Below are positions 60,701 to 64,000 of a stretch of 64,000 bases of DNA, piece after piece. Position 1 is the stretch's first letter; the number at the start of each line of letters is the position of its first letter. The position numbers and the translations under genes are program-made. The notes under the pieces were generated by a model. The model was not told the origin of the DNA, ran no database searches, and saw nothing but the letters and a program-made list of their open reading frames with translations. Source of the DNA: Amoebophrya sp. A120 (taxonomy: Eukaryota; Protista; Dinoflagellata); the NCBI GenBank assembly GCA_905178155.1, contig CAJINV010000002.1, positions 9,125,412 to 9,189,411 of the forward strand, given 5' to 3'.

Positions 60701-61503
60701 GACATGGCCGAGCGGTTCAAGCAATCCGTCGACGGCATCGAGTACGATGGGAAATTTTTGTACAGCGTGGTGGGCTACAACTTCAAAGCGTGCGAGATGT
60801 CGGCGGCCTTCGCGTTGGCCCAGATGGAGAAACTGAACCGGTTCACGGAAATGCGGAAGCAGAACGTGCTATTCTGAGTAAAAACGTCCCCACACCAGAG
60901 TCAACATGGGAAGTCTGCTAGACAAATCAACCAGCTTTGGTTGTTTGGCATGACAAGTCTGTCCGCGTAGTGTAATCCTGTTTAGCTAGTTCAGAAGCAT
61001 CACAGATCTAGCATAGCATGCGGATTCTAGCATCACAAATCCCGAAACACGAGCTGAAAGCTCTTCGCATAGGGCTGCGCATGAGAAACTTTTTTAGCGT
61101 GCAGAATTGCATGACAGCTATGGGGTGGGGACGTTTTTACTCAGGATGCGTGCGCATGTTCTACGAACGGCTGGAAGAGTACCACAGGCAATCCGGCAAC
61201 AAATCCCGGTACGTCCTCCCGCGGCCCGACTACGATTCCTTGGACTGGCTGGCCTTCCCGCTGCAGCACCCGAACCGAACAAAGTTGATCCGCTATCTGG
61301 AGTCCAACCAGGTCCAGATCCGGGTGATCTTCAGCGGGAACGTGACTCGACACCCCGCGTACCGACAGTATTTAGATACTTATCCCAACAGCGACAAGAT
61401 CATGGAGCAAGGTTTTCTGCTGGGCGCGCACCACGGCCTCGCGGAAACAGATATCCAGCGGGTCCTCGACTTGCTCATCAAATTCGACCAGGAGGAAGTT
61501 TGA
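57708..61503 (+). CDS. Fusion protein: RmlC-like NDP-4-keto-6-deoxyhexose epimerase + DegT/DnrJ/EryC1/StrS-fold PLP/PMP enzyme (ColD/RfbH-like 3-dehydratase)
   Basis: RmlC motifs EDHRG, ARGFH, GKMYDVLLDLR, YVPAGVAHGY. Then KKVWYAPHKFESYG, WLAPGP, YVNSGSSANL, TPACTFST, PVFVDVE, EDSCD, SFYASHIMTGGGMGG, YRDWGR, VGYNFK, RVIFSGNVTRHP. One GT-AG intron (58162-58401) and six introners. Confidence 0.9.
58684..58991. mobile_element. Introner-like element, family C (308 bp)
   Basis: TIR TATTACAGTGAAAAATGCCCCC / GGGGGCATTTTTCATTGTAATA; TSD CGCGC; removal restores VWYAPHKF. Confidence 0.92.
59029..59281. mobile_element. Introner-like element, family A (253 bp)
   Basis: Family A TIRs; TSD AAGAG; removal restores YGDEEMMAV. 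Confidence 0.92.
59337..59598. mobile_element. Introner-like element, family A (262 bp)
   Basis: Family A TIRs; TSD GGCCC; removal restores WLAPGPLT. Compatible with an exact GC-AG intron 59333-59599. Confidence 0.92.
59666..59944. mobile_element. Introner-like element, family B (279 bp)
   Basis: Perfect 31-bp TIR TATCCTGAGTAAAAACGTACCCACACCAGAG; TSD GTACG; removal restores GLYVNSGSSA. Confidence 0.93.
60268..60525. mobile_element. Introner-like element, family A (258 bp)
   Basis: Family A TIRs; imperfect TSD CTCCC/CTCCT; removal restores FEDSCDCM. Confidence 0.9.
60870..61148. mobile_element. Introner-like element, family B (279 bp)
   Basis: TIR TATTCTGAGTAAAAACGTCCCCAC / GTGGGGACGTTTTTACTCAGGATG; TSD CGTGC; removal restores KQNVRMFYE. 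Confidence 0.9.
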
Positions 61504-64000
61504 ATTTTTTATTACGCAGAATTAGTCCCTGAGAAGTCGAGCAAATACAATTGAATTGTTCTTCCCAAATGATGTAAACAAAAACTGGATGATGTTGAGT
61601 TGCACTTAGGTAACTAGGTCTCTGGCTCGCCGACAATGTACATCGGTTTGAGTAGGGATGAAAGCTCATACAATTCAAGCCTTTTTTGTCCCCACACTTG
61701 CATGTTTAAGTAATGCCCTCTTTTATTTTATCGTTTGACGACCGGGTCGTAGCTGCTTCACAGCATAGGAGAAAACTACAACTCCACTTTTCGTCTAGGA
61801 ACTACTTTTACGATTAGATAGAAATCGATGCCTCCTTTCGAGTGAGCAACCCGAATCGAATGCCTCAGCTGAAGCAGCTCCGAGCAAAGCAATCACGAAA
61901 AACAAAAATGCCTCGACTCTGGTGCGTGTGGGGCGTTCCGTTGCGGTGGGCGTTCTTGCTTCACAGTTTTGCGTACAGCAATTTGAGGATTTCCTAGAGT
62001 TGATCTTCGTGGTCGAATCTCGCTTGCGGTGTTTTCTTTGAGGTAGGGGAGACGAAGAGACGCATCGTGGAGTATCAAGAAAGAAACCACAGCACTTCTC
62101 TATCGGCTTTTTGCACGACTGAGAGAAGCAAGTGCCGCTACCTGATGCATCTGCGTAGGACTAAGATCATATACGACTTACGCTGAACAAGGGAAAAAAT
62201 ATGTCTGCCTTCTTTCAGTTATCGTCGAGTATGCTTCAAATCCCTCGATTGTGCCTGAATTTGGTTTAGCCTTTCTGACGGTCGCAGTATCTCTTAGACA
62301 TCCGGCGCCCCTACTATTAACGAGTACAAAACTAGTACCCCTACCCTGCTTTTCATACCTGTGTCTGGCCTTGACCAGTCGAGTTGCAAAGATGTTGGGG
62401 CTTCCCATCACCGTGCGCTCGCCTGTCGCGATTCCCGTGGCGTTTTCCCGCGGAAAGCACTATGACAGGAACACAAAGGGAGGGCATTCTTCGAGCTCCT
62501 CATCAAGCAGTTCTGCATTCACTTCAAATAACGGCAGGATTAATAAATCTTCTTCGGCCACCAGCACATCAGCAGCATCTCGCTCCTTAATCGCCGTGTC
62601 CAAAGACAAAACCGCCACTGTGGTTGACGCCGGGTCCGTTTTTCTCTCGCAAATTTCCGGTGGGTCTGTGTTGGTGTATCGAGTCGGAGATTCCTGCGCC
62701 CCCGCGGAGAGCAATTCTAGCTCTAGGGAACTGCGATCAACACCGTCCTCCGTCGCACCAGCGAAACAGAGCAGCAATGTCACATCTACCACGGGCCAGC
62801 AAACAATCGCCTGCATTGATCTTCAGTGCTCCACCAGCGGCCAGAGGGACGAATCACGAGGGAAGAAGTCAGACGATGTTGTGATCATCGCAGTGGGTGT
62901 CTGCGCCGCCTCCGCAACGCCTGCTACCTCACCCTTGGAACATCAATGCCAATCTGCAGAAGGCAATTATGCTGATGGGTGCGCAAGCGAAATCCATGTC
63001 ATTTCCTGTTGCACCTCGTCCTCGTCCAGCAGCTCGAAAGGGCCAGAAAACGACACGAAAACGAAATCGGTCGCGAAGATCAAACCGGAGGATTTCCCAC
63101 CGTCGTGGCGTGGCGGCGTGTTTCAGGTGAAAGTCGTGCCGCAACCTTCAAAGTCAACCTCGGCGGCCACTTCGACAAAATCTTTGCTCGTTGTTGGTTC
63201 CGAAGAAGTCTTCGACCATTGCCGAAAACCGCCACAAGACGCTCATATAACCGGTTGGGCAGTCGATTTTGATTCCGGTCTGGACACCAATATTGCAGCT
63301 AAGAAGATGAAAACGACTTTATCTGCTTCGTCCCGATTGTTCACCGTTCGTCCTCCGCTGGGCGCGAGCCTGCAGCTGGCGGTGACGGAGGCGAGTGTGT
63401 TCGCTTACTGCAGCGACGAGGATTTCGATTTATGCAGCGGCGGTGGTATAGAAGACAAATTTGGATCGGTGTTTTGTTGGCAGGACGCCCTGCTGGTACC
63501 TCGTCCCGGTGCTCCGTTCTCTCCTGTCCAGCCGAAAATCCTCGTGCGCCCGGACATGCTGAAGCGGTTGCAGAGTCGAGAACAGGTTGAAGAAGCGGGT
63601 GGCGACACTGTGGCGAAACATAAAGCATTCTCTTCGACGTCTTCTCGAGAGGAAAGGCATCACGCAAACGAACAGGACCAAAATAGTACCCGCATCGTCG
63701 GCGTCGTCGCCGTTTCACCGCCGAAGGCTTCCCGATCCGCCTCTTCTGCTGATCGGTTGTTTTGCCTCACCGGTTCCGGCCTGCTGCTGTGTTGCAACGC
63801 GGGCTCAGGGCAGGTCGAGCGCTACACGCAAGTCGTGGCGAGGAAAAAGAACTCAACTGCAAATCATAAAGCCGGAGGACAAGCTCCTTGTCCTTCTTCC
63901 GTAAGAACTGGCGCCAGGGAAGAACTACATGCTCGCCCACTACATGAACCGCAATCCTGTGCGTACGCACTCGTTAGAGTTTCATCTTCAGGACCAAGTG

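Noticed and set aside
57708-61503. Bacterial contamination or pseudogene
   Set aside because: The gene has a canonical GT-AG intron and host-like codon usage, and its frame is fully intact once the introners are removed.
61893-64000. Gene at the window end
   Set aside because: Only short ORFs on both strands, with no motif or consistent exon chain I can support.
1-64000. tRNA, rRNA or dinoflagellate spliced-leader genes
   Set aside because: None recognised by eye; tRNAscan/Infernal would be needed to exclude them.

Overview
Eukaryotic, intron-containing DNA. Every gene I could identify is on the + strand. The architecture strongly resembles the parasitic marine dinoflagellate Amoebophrya (Syndiniales); this assignment is an inference. 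Host genes: partial membrane protein, cytochrome b5-like protein, tandem HAD phosphatase, TruA-type pseudouridine synthase, a small internally duplicated multi-exon gene, an ERD2/KDEL-receptor-like gene, an axonemal dynein heavy chain, a hypothetical EF-hand-containing ORF, a coiled-coil protein gene, and an RmlC-epimerase + PLP-dependent sugar 3-dehydratase fusion. The dominant feature is 11 introner-like elements (3 TIR families, normally 245-308 bp, TAT...ATA ends, 5-bp target-site duplications). They sit inside coding sequence in both orientations, and most cannot be removed in frame by GT/GC-AG splicing. One has grown to 10.2 kb: it holds a poly(A)-tailed, 18-bp-TSD insertion, which in turn holds a full-length Ty1/copia LTR retrotransposon, while the host reading frame stays intact across it. 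There is a 993-N assembly gap at 12438-13430. Coordinates were read by eye; splice junctions are predictions.
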